Counted from the first letter of the stretch, positions 49,244-59,687 are shown. The stretch: 64,000 bases of DNA from an uncultured virus (IMG/VR IMGVR_UViG_3300033463_000092) (IMGVR_UViG_3300033463_000092), one strand, 5' to 3'. Numbers and translations: made by a program. The notes: generated by a model from the letters alone, not told the origin.

Positions 49244-49692
49244 TCCTTTCTGTTGGAGTTGAAGAGAATGATGAATCCAACTTACAGACCAAGGCCACCG
49301 CCTTAACCGATCCAAATTAAGTCGTAGTGTTTAGAAGGAGCCGTAATGATCGAGGCTCCTTCTTTTTGTTTACTTTTTAGACTTCCGTGTTATAATTAAA
49401 TACAAGAAGAAAGGAAGATTCAATGAAATATCTTGTAGACATAATGATCTATCGTCATCAGCCAACTCATCGAGTGATAGACGCGGAAGAACTTCCTATG
49501 CTGATAATGGAAGCTAAGAAAACCTTAGGAGCAGAACTCATCGTCCACAAACAGAATCAAAAAGGGAACTTCATTCGCATCGGGTGTTTTCAAATCGGAA
49601 AGCAGCCTATCCATGTCCGTAGGGCTTATGGTCTCGGAGTGGATTATTCAGCGGACGATGTAATTTTGAATTAGGAAGAAAGGAACTTTAAT

Positions 49693-49980
49693 ATGATAGA
49701 GCAAAAAGCCACCTTGAGAGTAGGGACCAAAAGCAGGGTCACCATTCCGGAGAGATTCTTTGACTCTATTAACGAAAACGGTGGATTCGAGAAGAAAGCT
49801 TACCTCGTTCTGAAATCATCCGCAAGAAAGAGGTTCTATCAGCATCCAGTGAGGAGGGTCTCCCTGACGGAATTCAATCCCGGCGATTTTCTTGTCATCA
49901 GCTACATCCCTTCCAGAGGTGCCTTCTTTAAGGTGGAAAAGCATGTCCTTTCTGACGTTTTGGTTTACTTTTTGAATTGA
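49693..49980 (+). CDS. Hypothetical protein
   Basis: GAAAGGA SD; C-terminus overlaps the next promoter. Confidence 0.65.
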   Translation: MIEQKATLRVGTKSRVTIPERFFDSINENGGFEKKAYLVLKSSARKRFYQHPVRRVSLTEFNPGDFLVISYIPSRGAFFKVEKHVLSDVLVYFLN

Positions 49981-50050
49981 GATGTTATAATATAATATCT
50001 GAAACAATAAACGAAGTTGTGATTACTCTAATAACGAAGGAGCTTTAAAA

Positions 50051-50404
50051 ATGTACATCATTGGAAAAAAGATGAATGAACAAGCAACCTCCATGGGTTG
50101 GTTTTGTGCATGGTTGAAGGAACAATATCAAAATAACCTTGTTTTCCTTGACCATCGGAATGATGCTAAGATTAAAATGTTGAAAACTGACGATCATGGA
50201 AAAAATATCGGCTATTTTTCTGGAAAGTACGTTGAAAGTTTTCTCTACAATGAATGGATTAATTATAATCGATTCATGGTTTATTATAATGAAATTAAAG
50301 ATATTGGACCTGATGCCTTCCTAAAGATGATTCATGATGAATGGAAAAATATGATGTCCGTTGTCACCATTGAGGATGATGGATTGAGGATAAAAAAATA
50401 CTAA
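50051..50404 (+). CDS. Hypothetical protein
   Basis: Promoter and AAGGAG SD. Confidence 0.7.
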   Translation: MYIIGKKMNEQATSMGWFCAWLKEQYQNNLVFLDHRNDAKIKMLKTDDHGKNIGYFSGKYVESFLYNEWINYNRFMVYYNEIKDIGPDAFLKMIHDEWKNMMSVVTIEDDGLRIKKY

Positions 50405-51111
50405 AAGTAAAAGATAAAAAATTGTCTTTTAAAGATGTTTAAACATCATATTAGACAAAAAAATAACTTTTATTTTTAAGTTTACTTTTTGAATTGAGAT
50501 GTTATAATATAATATCTGAAACAACAAACGAAAGGAACTCTTCAACATGGCTCAGTTCACCGTAGATACTCTCGATCACAACCGTCATCAGCTCACTCGG
50601 TCTGCCAAGAGGTTCGGAAGCTTCTTGGAGGCTCAGAACTTTGCCAAGAAGCTGGCGGACATGCAAATCCTCGCCGCGGAAGTCAAAGGGAAGACTCTCA
50701 AGCTTCAGCACACCGAGAGCGGCTTCAGAGCAGGAAACATGGAATTCATCGCTGTGGAGCTCTGAACAATGAAAAGTTTCATCGTCAAAACTGAAGTAGG
50801 AGAATTGATCCTTACTCTTCGGTACTTCCCCGTTTCTGAAAAGATCAAACTTTATCTTCATGGAGTTGTGATCAATGAATCGAATCAGATCACCTTTTAT
50901 GAAGATAATGCTACTCTTTTTCTCAACCCAAACTACGAATCAGTTCTCAAAGGTGCTAAGAATCTAATCAATTATCATTTCATATGGGAGTCATCCTCTC
51001 AGGAGGAATTTGCTCAGTGGCTGTCTCATTTACTTTCAACTGAAAGTTTAGAAGGAATTTAAGTTTACATTCACAAGAATCGTGTTAAATTATAAATACG
51101 AAAAGAAACGT

Positions 51112-51377
51112 TCCATCGTAGCTCAATGGTAGAGTCACCGGCTGTAAAAACATCATTGGTGTATAGGCAGCTCCAGAAGGAAACTTTTGGATGGACAAGG
51201 CGCTAAGTCGGGGAAGCCCAATGGAATCCCGAGCTAGCAAGGATGCAAATCCTGGGCAAGTGTAGAGACTTTACACGCCTCACCTAAATCGAAAGACATG
51301 GTGAAGAGAAAGTCCAATTCAACGAAAGTTGATATGTAACCGGTTGGTTGCTGGTCCGAGTCCAGCCGATGGAGCCA
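51112..51377 (+). tRNA. tRNA-Asn(GTT) interrupted by a group I intron (exons 51112..51145 and 51337..51377)
   Basis: Splicing gives ACCGG-CT GT|T AA-CCGGT, TCCATCG/CGATGGA acceptor, G73 and CCA. Confidence 0.88.
51146..51336 (+). ncRNA. Group I intron, 191 nt, no ORF
   Basis: U|...G boundaries; P1 GCTGT/GCAGC with U.G; P3 AGGCG/CGCCT; P4 TCGGG/CCCGA; P7 GACTTT/AAAGTC; P8 TCACC/GGTGA. Confidence 0.88.
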
Positions 51378-51517
51378 TTTTTATATATGCTGGGTGTCAA
51401 GCTGCTAACTTGACTTTATTATAAATTCTATTCCTTGAATTTATAAACTAGCATTTTAATTTATAAATATAATTGTTGTTAGCAGCAACGATAAAGGTAA
51501 AATAAGGAAAAATTAAA

Positions 51518-52264
51518 ATGAAGAAGTGCAAATTTTGTAAGTCTGAATTCGATGGTTCAGGCTCTTTTTGTTCTAGTGAATGTCATGGGAAATATGCTGC
51601 ATCTTTTGTAGAAAATCATAAATGCAATTTTAAAAGAAAGTGTGCACCTTATGGAAGATGGACATGTTCAAGATGTGGAATGATATTCGAAACACGAGCA
51701 AAATTATTTGAACATACTAAAAGCCATAGATTGAATCCTAATGAAAAAAGCGCATGGAATAAAGGTTTAACTAAAGAAACCGATCCTAGAATAATGAAAG
51801 GAGCGGAGACTTTTTCAAAAAGATATAAAGAAGGTATTATCGTTCCATCATTTTTAGGAAAACATTTTACAGAGGAACAAAGAAAAAAGATTTCAGACTC
51901 AATGAAACAGGCTCATGCTGAAGGAAGAGCTCATAATATTGGACAAAGTCGTTGGAATAATGAGCCATCATATCCTGAAAAGTTTTTTATAAAAGTAATT
52001 GACAATGAGTTTGAAAATAAAAATTATCAAAGAGAGTTTCCTTTCTTTAAATATTCATTAGATTTTGCATGGGTTGAAGAGAAAAAAGTTCTTGAGATAG
52101 ATGGAGAACAACATGAAAGATTTGAGGAATACAAAGAACGTGATAAAAAGAAAGACGAACTTTTACTGAAAAATGGTTGGAAAGTATTAAGAATAAAATG
52201 GAAAGATGTAATGAATGATTCAAAGTATTGGATCAAAGTTGCAAAATCTTTCATTGATTCTTAA
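51518..52264 (+). CDS. Free-standing putative homing endonuclease (Zn fingers, NUMOD3-like repeat, DUF559/Vsr-like nuclease)
   Basis: CxxC motifs, WNKGLTKETD, GKHFTEEQRKKIS, LDFA...LEIDGEQH...RDxxKD...GWKVLRIKW; TATAAATA at 51462..51469. Confidence 0.8.
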   Translation: MKKCKFCKSEFDGSGSFCSSECHGKYAASFVENHKCNFKRKCAPYGRWTCSRCGMIFETRAKLFEHTKSHRLNPNEKSAWNKGLTKETDPRIMKGAETFSKRYKEGIIVPSFLGKHFTEEQRKKISDSMKQAHAEGRAHNIGQSRWNNEPSYPEKFFIKVIDNEFENKNYQREFPFFKYSLDFAWVEEKKVLEIDGEQHERFEEYKERDKKKDELLLKNGWKVLRIKWKDVMNDSKYWIKVAKSFIDS

Positions 52265-52309
52265 TTCTTATTTACTTTTTCATAAATGAAGTTATATTAA
52301 AAATATTAA

Positions 52310-52384
52310 CGGGGTGTGGGCCAGTCTGGTTAGGTCGCCTGCCTTGGGCGCAGGATGTCGGAAGTTCGAATCTTCTCGCCCCGA
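52310..52384 (+). tRNA. tRNA-Pro(TGG), CCA not encoded
   Basis: CCTGC-CT TGG GC-GCAGG cloverleaf. Confidence 0.92.
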
Positions 52385-52398
52385 TATTTGTTTTACAG

Positions 52399-52473
52399 TG
52401 CGGGATAGAGCAGCGGTAGCTCACGATCCTCATAAGTTCGTTGTCGGTGGTTCGACTCCATCTCCCGCTACCA
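52399..52473 (+). tRNA. tRNA-Met(CAT), initiator-like, second copy
   Basis: U1.U72 mismatch; CGATC-CT CAT AA-GTTCG; CCA. Confidence 0.9.
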
Positions 52474-52895
52474 TTTTTTATACCACTTTTTCATTTCCTC
52501 TTTCCTTTTACGATTCTCTTTGATATTATTCTTGATTCTTTGCACTATAAGAGGGCTGAACAAAATAAGATCCAAAACAATGGAAATGATTAGGTAATAT
52601 AGTATGATCTTTAGTAGCATGCACTTCTCCTTTTGGTTCTTCAATTCAAAAAATTATTTATCGGTTTAGGTTTACTTTTTGAATCTTGTTGTTATATTTT
52701 AATATCAGAAAGGAGAATTTGAATATGTCAACTCGTGAATACAAAACTCAAGCTTTTCAGGCCTATTGGAAAAACTACAACAGACTCTTCAAACCTTGCG
52801 GCCTCGTCTTCAACATTTTCACCATCTTTTTGCTGTTCCTCTTCGGCCTTTTCATTCTGATGCTTTTCATCTAACTTTCAAAGGAGACTCCAATC

Positions 52896-53240
52896 ATGGC
52901 TACCATCACAGATGCCAACGCTGCTCTGGTCCTCGACCTCAAGAAAACTTACACCATCGTCTATCGTAACCTTCGGAAGGAACAGACCGACGAGGAAAGG
53001 CAGAAAGGACTTCGTCATCCCAAACCGATGAAGATCAAGATCTTGAACGGTCTCTATCACAACTATCCTCAGGACAGTTGGATCGGTCACGACAGTGAAG
53101 ATGGCTTTTGTGATCCTCTGGGTGAAAGGGTCTACTTCGATGGAGAAAAAGTCCCGGACTACATCCCTCAGAAGGAGATTCTTTGGATCGGCACAGATGA
53201 GGATTGGCAGAATTTTCTCAAAGCAGAGTTTACTTTTTGA
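52896..53240 (+). CDS. Hypothetical protein
   Basis: AAGGAG SD; ends FTF inside the next promoter. Confidence 0.75.
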   Translation: MATITDANAALVLDLKKTYTIVYRNLRKEQTDEERQKGLRHPKPMKIKILNGLYHNYPQDSWIGHDSEDGFCDPLGERVYFDGEKVPDYIPQKEILWIGTDEDWQNFLKAEFTF

Positions 53241-53574
53241 GCCTCTCAGTTATACTATAATATCACCGCCAATCAAAAAGAAAGGATTTGAAATGAAGGT
53301 CAAAGAACTCAAAGATATGCTCTCCCAATACCCCGATGACATGGAGGTAGAATTCTACACTTTTCTCAAGGAACCTCTTGACATCATATGGGACAACGGT
53401 CCCGGACAGGTCATCATGGAGGACATCAGCTTGGACCAACGTGAGACAAGAGATGGGAAGAAGGAAAAGTTCGTTTCCATTTTGGTAGGATGATTAGGAA
53501 TAGTTGACTTGGTTTACTTTTCAGTCATCCTTGTTATATTTTAATAATCACTGACAATTGAAAGGAACTTAGAT

Positions 53575-53814
53575 ATGGATCAGCTTACCCCTCATGAAAC
53601 AGACACCCTCGATCTCTCCCCTTACTTTCTCACCACTGCGGCGGCATTCTTGCTCCTCAAGCTTTTCGGGGTAGTCAATTGGAGTTGGTGGATCGTCTTG
53701 GCTCCTTTTTATGCTCCTTTCGTCATCGTTCTCCTCACGGCAGGCATACTTTACCTTACCACTTGGATGATATACGGCCGCCCAATGGTCAGCTTCTCCT
53801 TCACTTGGAAGTGA
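53575..53814 (+). CDS. Small membrane protein (LLKLxGxxNWSWWxVxAP pattern)
   Basis: Two TM segments; promoter and SD. Confidence 0.7.
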   Translation: MDQLTPHETDTLDLSPYFLTTAAAFLLLKLFGVVNWSWWIVLAPFYAPFVIVLLTAGILYLTTWMIYGRPMVSFSFTWK

Positions 53815-54244
53815 GTTTACTTTTCAGACATCCTTGTTATAATTAAATACAACAAGAAAGGATTTCTATCATGGCTCTCACTCTCACCATTCTTTTCTAC
53901 GGCAACCTCATTCTCGGAGGTCTGTTCCTCATCGGCTGTTTCATCTACGGATTCATGGAAGAAGTTTAAGATAAGGAGATAAAAAATGAAAAAGTTCATC
54001 ATCTCGGCTCATACTTTCCCCACCACCGGCGGCACAACTTGGTTCGTCCGAACCATCCCGGCTAAGACCAAAGAGCTTGCCATCAAGGCCTTCTTCGCTC
54101 ACTTTGGCAAACTGAATGCCATCGATCGGATCGTCGAAGCCAAAGAAAACGGTGATCCGAGGAACGACTGATCTTGGTTTACTTTTCGGTCATCTCTGTT
54201 ATATTTTAATATAACCACCAACCAAAAAGAAAGGAATTTCCACC

Positions 54245-54493
54245 ATGACCAAGAAGACCGCAATCATGAATTTCGTCGAAGAAAACGGTGGGACCGTTCG
54301 CCGTAAGGACCTGGTCCGCTTCATCTGCGAACTCAACGGAAATGTTTATGATCCCATCCTTCACCGCGGATATTACTCCGCCGCTCTCTGCCCCACTTCC
54401 ATTTGGAGAGACGGTCATCTTCTCAAACCCTCCAAGAACGAACCCAGGTATTTGATCCGTTCCGGGCGTGGTCTCTACACCGTCTGCCGTTAA
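54245..54493 (+). CDS. Hypothetical protein (IMxFVE...RR family)
   Basis: Promoter and SD. Confidence 0.78.
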   Translation: MTKKTAIMNFVEENGGTVRRKDLVRFICELNGNVYDPILHRGYYSAALCPTSIWRDGHLLKPSKNEPRYLIRSGRGLYTVCR

Positions 54494-54844
54494 TCACACA
54501 GTTAACTGGGAACTCAAAAGAGTTCCCAGTTCTTTCACTTTTACAAAGAAAGGGATCTCTTTATTATGCTTTACAAAGTGTTTCTTGAATTTGATCATAC
54601 CAAGACCTGGCTTCCTTACTCCAAAGAGGCTTTTGTGGAATTTGATCCTTCTTTACCCATAAGTGTTCCAACTCAGTTTTGGCGGTGGGTTTGGAAGCAG
54701 CATGGCAGCGATGTGGTCTCCGGAATGTGTTGGCCGGCCAAAGAAGAAGACAAACTTTCCGTAGGATAATTCGGTTTACTTTCTCGGACTTTTGGTTATA
54801 CTATAATATCAACCACAACCAATCAAACCGAAAGGAAACTAAAT

Positions 54845-55102
54845 ATGATGTACTGTGTCGTCAAGAGCTGTCCCGGCGGGGATGTTTTTTACGGTCCCTA
54901 TTCCTCTGTGGAGGATGCCGAAGCCTTCATCAAGGATGATGCCAAGGCGGAAAAGGCTTCCCTGATGGAGTATACTGTCAACGAGGAGACCGAGACCCAC
55001 TTCCCCTTCTATCGGCTCACCCTGAAGCTCACCCAGCTCTGGGACGGAAAGCCCTTCTCCTGGAATTGGAATGTCCGTTTTCTCCTCCCTTCGGAGAAGT
55101 GA
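54845..55102 (+). CDS. Hypothetical protein (xGPY/F family)
   Basis: Promoter and SD. Confidence 0.72.
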   Translation: MMYCVVKSCPGGDVFYGPYSSVEDAEAFIKDDAKAEKASLMEYTVNEETETHFPFYRLTLKLTQLWDGKPFSWNWNVRFLLPSEK

Positions 55103-55370
55103 TTCTGCCAGAAAGGACTACAGAATGCATACCTACCGCTTTATCTTCACCCTAGATGATGCTCCTTCTACCTACCATAGCGACATCCTTGCTTTCGACC
55201 GCAAAGAGGCTGGAAAGATGTGGAAGGAAGTCAAAGCCATGATACCTTTCAGCCGCCGCAGAGTCCACATCGTCAAAGTCATTCCTCTGTCTTGATATCT
55301 CTAAACTTGGTTTACTTTTTGATGGTTGAGGTTATATTATAATACAACCACTAATGAAAGGAACCTCAAA

Positions 55371-55511
55371 ATGAAGAAGACCAAAGAGCACATCATGATC
55401 GACCTGGAAGTTCGTCACAGTTGGGGAAGCTGCCGTCCCTACACTCGGATTCACAAATCAAAGAAAGCCTACAACCGCAAGGACCATTCTTGGCGGAACA
55501 TGGAGGACTGA
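55371..55511 (+). CDS. Small basic protein, possibly ArfA-like
   Basis: Promoter and SD; RPYTRIHKSKKAYNRK. Confidence 0.55.
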   Translation: MKKTKEHIMIDLEVRHSWGSCRPYTRIHKSKKAYNRKDHSWRNMED

Positions 55512-55763
55512 AAAATGGTAAAAATTGTTATCAATACCGAAGGAGCTGCTTTCGCCGATGCCGCAGGCAATTACACGAACTTCTCTGTCAATTTGGAAGT
55601 AGCTGACATCCTCCGCAAGTTGGCGGATCGCTTGACTCTCGTCCCGGATGCCATGACAGGAAGAGAGGTTCCCATCATGGATGGAAACGGAAACAAGATC
55701 GGGACTTTCATCTCCACCAAAGAAGAATAGTTTACTTCTAAACAACTTCTGTTATAATAAAAT

Positions 55764-56037
55764 AAATCGGAATTCACTGAGTAGGTGGGATGGCCACTGG
55801 AAGGTGATTAAGAGAAAGTATCGCTCGTCTCATTAAAAGAGAGACCGTGACGTCCGCCATAAAGAGTGGAATGATTCGACCAAGAGCCTCTACAGATTCT
55901 CTCCGATCTTTTTATCGGCAAAAGAGAGACCCGGGTCTCTTGAGCAGCGATTAGTGTAACGAAGAGAGCACACCAGTTCGGAAGCTGGAGGCGGAGGCGC
56001 AAACCCTTCATCGCATTTACGCTCTTGCCGATTTTTT
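55764..56037 (+). ncRNA. Putative ~270-nt multibranched structured RNA
   Basis: Own promoter; nested long-range stems AAATCGG/CCGATTT, GTAGGTG/CATTTAC, GAAGG/CCTTC, TCCGCC/GGCGGA; ends in U tract; no SD-led ORF. Confidence 0.6.
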
Positions 56038-56095
56038 TGTTTACTTTTCAGTCATTCTTGTTATATTATAATACAACAAATAAAAGGATATCAAA

Positions 56096-56368
56096 ATGAA
56101 TCAGAAGCTCGCCGAAAGAATCCAATCCGAATTGCTGGAAAAAGAAAATCTTTTCAAATCCATTGACTCGCCATCCGATCTCGTTCCTCTCCCTGTCCGC
56201 AAAGTTCTTTTCGACCAAGCTTGGTCAGACGGCCATGCTTACGGAGATCATGAAGTCACGGCTCTCTACGACAAGTACTTGGAGCTGCAGGAACATATCC
56301 AAGCATGGTATGCGGACTACGAGGACACTTGCAAAAAACTTCAAGCCGCTTCGGATCTGTGGAAGTAA
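56096..56368 (+). CDS. Hypothetical protein
   Basis: Promoter and SD. Confidence 0.72.
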   Translation: MNQKLAERIQSELLEKENLFKSIDSPSDLVPLPVRKVLFDQAWSDGHAYGDHEVTALYDKYLELQEHIQAWYADYEDTCKKLQAASDLWK

Positions 56369-56696
56369 GTTTACTTTTCGGACAAGTCTGTTATATTATA
56401 ATATACCCAACGGAAAGGAATCTAAAATGGCTAAGATCAAACGAATTTGCGGAAACTGCTGCTACATGGACACGAACAACCACTGCTTCGCAGAAGGTAC
56501 CGAAGGTTCTTCCGGCCCTTATCAGTGTGCTTGCGGTCTGTTTGATCCCTGGGACAATCCGAAGTACAGGGAGCAGCCCAAGGAAAAGTAATCAGCTCTT
56601 TAGGACCGATCTAACCAATCGGTCCTTTTTCTTGGTTTACTTTTCAGATAAATCCGTTATATTATAATATCAACAACAACCGAAAGGAATCTAAAA

Positions 56697-56987
56697 ATGC
56701 TTCTCGCCAACAAAGCTTACATTCTCTTCAAAGCCACCTTCTCCGCCGATCCTTCGGTCACTCTGGAAGATCGGGAATATCTTCCGCTCATCCGCCGTGC
56801 CAAACGGTACATTCTCGACCATTTGGCCAAGGAAAAGTCCTCTTTCACCATCACCGCTTCGGTTTGTTTCACTCCTCCCACCCCGTCTCAGCCTCTGACC
56901 AAGATGTCCACCTTCGTCTATTACCCCGAGGGCAACCCCGCGGCGGTCAGTCTCCGCCAGCGTTTCTTCCTCGTCCCCGAACTTTAA
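56697..56987 (+). CDS. Hypothetical protein
   Basis: Promoter and SD. Confidence 0.72.
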   Translation: MLLANKAYILFKATFSADPSVTLEDREYLPLIRRAKRYILDHLAKEKSSFTITASVCFTPPTPSQPLTKMSTFVYYPEGNPAAVSLRQRFFLVPEL

Positions 56988-57344
56988 GGTTTACTTTTCG
57001 GACAATCCTGTTATATTTTAATACAACTAACGGAAAGGATTACTTCAATGCTTCACAAATTCGTCCTCACCTTCCACGTCAACACGGAATTCGGCAAGCG
57101 TCGTGACCATGCTATCGTCCTCGCTCTCAATCCTCAGGATGCCATCGAAAAGTTCAAAGAAAGGGTCCCCGGCATGGGGTACCTCTGGGGAAGCCATCAC
57201 GTGGAGTCTTACTCCGCCTTCCTCGTCCTTCCCATTGAAAAGACCAGATTTGCCAAATGGGCCTGAGGAATCGGTTTACTTCCCAGACAATCCTGTTATA
57301 TTGTAATATCCACAACAACCACCCCAACCGAAAGGAAACACACC

Positions 57345-57632
57345 ATGATCACCGCAAAATTCTATGTCATCACCAGGTTCTCCGTCATCAGAGACACCGT
57401 CTACAAGGTCAGCAGCGAACAGACCCCTTACTCCGACTTCGGTGAGGCCTACGAAGCCATGCGGCAGGAGGCAATGGAGTGGTTCAAAGCATTCTCCAAT
57501 CCCACCGCTTGTTTGGAGAGTACGACCAACGGAATCATCTTCAAGTACCGGCTCCAGGGTATGAATCCCCGGGAGTGGGTGACCCACTCCGAGCAGTGGG
57601 TCCTTTCAGAGGTCGAAGCCCGCCTCTTTTGA
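57345..57632 (+). CDS. Hypothetical protein
   Basis: Promoter, SD and terminator. Confidence 0.72.
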   Translation: MITAKFYVITRFSVIRDTVYKVSSEQTPYSDFGEAYEAMRQEAMEWFKAFSNPTACLESTTNGIIFKYRLQGMNPREWVTHSEQWVLSEVEARLF

Positions 57633-57739
57633 AAGAGACCAACCGAGGAGATCGGCTCCCCAACCGATCTCCTTGTTTACTTTTCGAACATCTCTGTTAT
57701 ATTATAATACAACCAACCGCCTAAACGAAAGGAGACTCT

Positions 57740-57988
57740 ATGGCTACCAACTATACCCGTCTCGAACGTTACATGATCGAAGCTTGTTTGAACGATGAAC
57801 TTGATGTGATGTACGGCAACTTCACCGTAAACCAAGTGGAACGGATCACCGTGGATGCCTCTGACATCATCAAGAAGTGCACCCCGGAACTGTACGAGCG
57901 GTACTTCAAGGATTACTGCGAACGGAACTCCATCCTCATCAAAAGAGAATCCAATCAGACCATTTATCTGGAAGTCAACCCAGATTGA
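57740..57988 (+). CDS. Hypothetical protein
   Basis: Promoter and SD. Confidence 0.72.
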   Translation: MATNYTRLERYMIEACLNDELDVMYGNFTVNQVERITVDASDIIKKCTPELYERYFKDYCERNSILIKRESNQTIYLEVNPD

Positions 57989-58707
57989 GTTTTACTTTTT
58001 GAATTCAGGTGTTATATTATAACATCCACCAACCAAAAGGAAAAAGTGAAAATGAGTGAAAAGATTCTTACCGTGAACCTGGATTCTTGTTGGTCCAACT
58101 CTGCTCGTGTGAAAATGTTTGTCGACCAGCTGAAGGACAAAAATGTCGAAGGGTCCTTCCACGATGGCGGAGATGACGGTTCCTCCTGGACTTTGAAAGG
58201 CACCAAAGAGAATCTGGTGAAAGCCATCAATGCCCATTGGCTTCTTAACGGTTTTTTATCCTCCAGAAGATGTGATGGACCAAGAGACGATGAGTCTCCT
58301 CGGTTTTGAGGTTTCCAAAGAAGGCAAAATTGATCTGATGTAAGGAGTATCTTTCAATGCACTTCATCATCATCTTTGCCGTTATCCTCGCTGCCGCTGC
58401 TATCATCTCCGTTGGAGTTAAAATGTATCAAGTCGAGAAGGCTTTTCGGCAGCAAACCAAAGAGAGCTCAATTCTCCATTATTGAAGTTCTAAATCTAGA
58501 CTTCGGCTTCACTTCAACCAAAGTGAAGCCGTTTCAGCTAACTTAAAGTTGAAACATCAAAGCTTAAGACACTAACTTTGTAGTTGTGATTGAAGTTTTC
58601 AACTTCTCTTTGAAATAGATTACTCCAAATTAAGTTCAGTGAAGCTTAAGTTCTGTCATCTATTTTAGAATAAATAATTTCATGTTTTGAACTGAAGGAA
58701 AACTTAT

Positions 58708-59235
58708 ATGAAAGTTGATGACATATTCAAAAAAGTTTATTTGGAAAGCATTATCAAAGAATCTGCTGAAGAAGATGAAAACATGCACGGTGATATGGAT
58801 GATGTTGATTTCAAGAATGGCAAAGATGAAGGCATAAAAGAGATAGATGCTAAATCAGGGTTTCGTTTTGGAGTTGACAACTTTGGCAGATATTATATGA
58901 CTGATAAGGATGGTCTTTGGAAGGATATGAAGATTGAACCTAAGACCAAAACTCAACTTGACGTCCAGAAAATTTTTGATCAGAAAGTGAAAGAGCTTAC
59001 AGAAGAAGATACTTGCTGTGAAGATGTGGATGATAGTAAAATCAACGTTGTGACATCAAGAAGCCTCGATGGTAAAGAATACTTCTTAGGCAGCGATGGG
59101 GAGGATAACTTTTACTTTGCTGAATTTAGTCCAGATGGCTGGAAACAAATTTATGGAGTTAAAACCACTTTAGATGCTGAAAGCATGTTTGATAGAATGA
59201 TTGAAAACTGCCACAAGCCTTGGGGGGGCAGATGA
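58708..59235 (+). CDS. Acidic protein with an internal repeat, possible late/virion-internal protein
   Basis: TAAATA upstream, no early promoter; FGVDNFGRYY and LGSDGEDNFY repeats. Confidence 0.65.
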   Translation: MKVDDIFKKVYLESIIKESAEEDENMHGDMDDVDFKNGKDEGIKEIDAKSGFRFGVDNFGRYYMTDKDGLWKDMKIEPKTKTQLDVQKIFDQKVKELTEEDTCCEDVDDSKINVVTSRSLDGKEYFLGSDGEDNFYFAEFSPDGWKQIYGVKTTLDAESMFDRMIENCHKPWGGR

Positions 59236-59394
59236 CGAAGGTGATGATGAAAGTTATGGAGATGATGACGATGATTATGATCCATATGAAGAATTAGCCA
59301 GTCAAGGTATCTTCCCAGGCCGTCATGATGATTGGTGATAAAGTCAAAAATACGGATATAAAAAAGGACCGGGTTCTTCCCGGTCCTTTTTTGT

Positions 59395-59601
59395 TTAGAT
59401 TGCGTTGGAAGGGATGACGATGTCACCCCAGACGATGGTAGGAGAGTCGGTCCGGACGGCGGAGAGCAGGGTGGGTTTCCCGAAGGATGCCTTGACGGCA
59501 TTCCATTTTTTGGTGGCCTCCCGTTTGTTGGGAGCGAGGATGTCCTGCCAGTGGGTGGCCTTGGTGGTAGGGAGGGTGAAGAAGAAGCGGTAGAGTTTCA
59601 T
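59395..59601 (-). CDS. Small protein (YxFxFTL...DIxAxxxxEA family; paralogs at 55125 and 61786)
   Basis: Own promoter and SD on the minus strand. Confidence 0.75.
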   Translation of the reverse strand: MKLYRFFFTLPTTKATHWQDILAPNKREATKKWNAVKASFGKPTLLSAVRTDSPTIVWGDIVIPSNAI

Positions 59602-59687
59602 GAGGAGGTTCCTTTCGGTTGGTGGTTGATATTAAAATATAACGGGGAATCCAAGAAAGTAAACCAAGTTGTCTGAACTTTCAGGTT

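Noticed and set aside
10028..52523. ORFs overlapping tRNAs (10028..10219, 35918..36121, 40932..41138, 41253..41465, 52314..52523) and upstream extensions through promoters
   Set aside because: Explained by RNA genes or promoter sequence; true starts lie after the SD
55764..56037. RNase P RNA or tmRNA
   Set aside because: No GAGGAAAGUCC/P4 partner, no tRNA-Ala-like ends and no tag ORF
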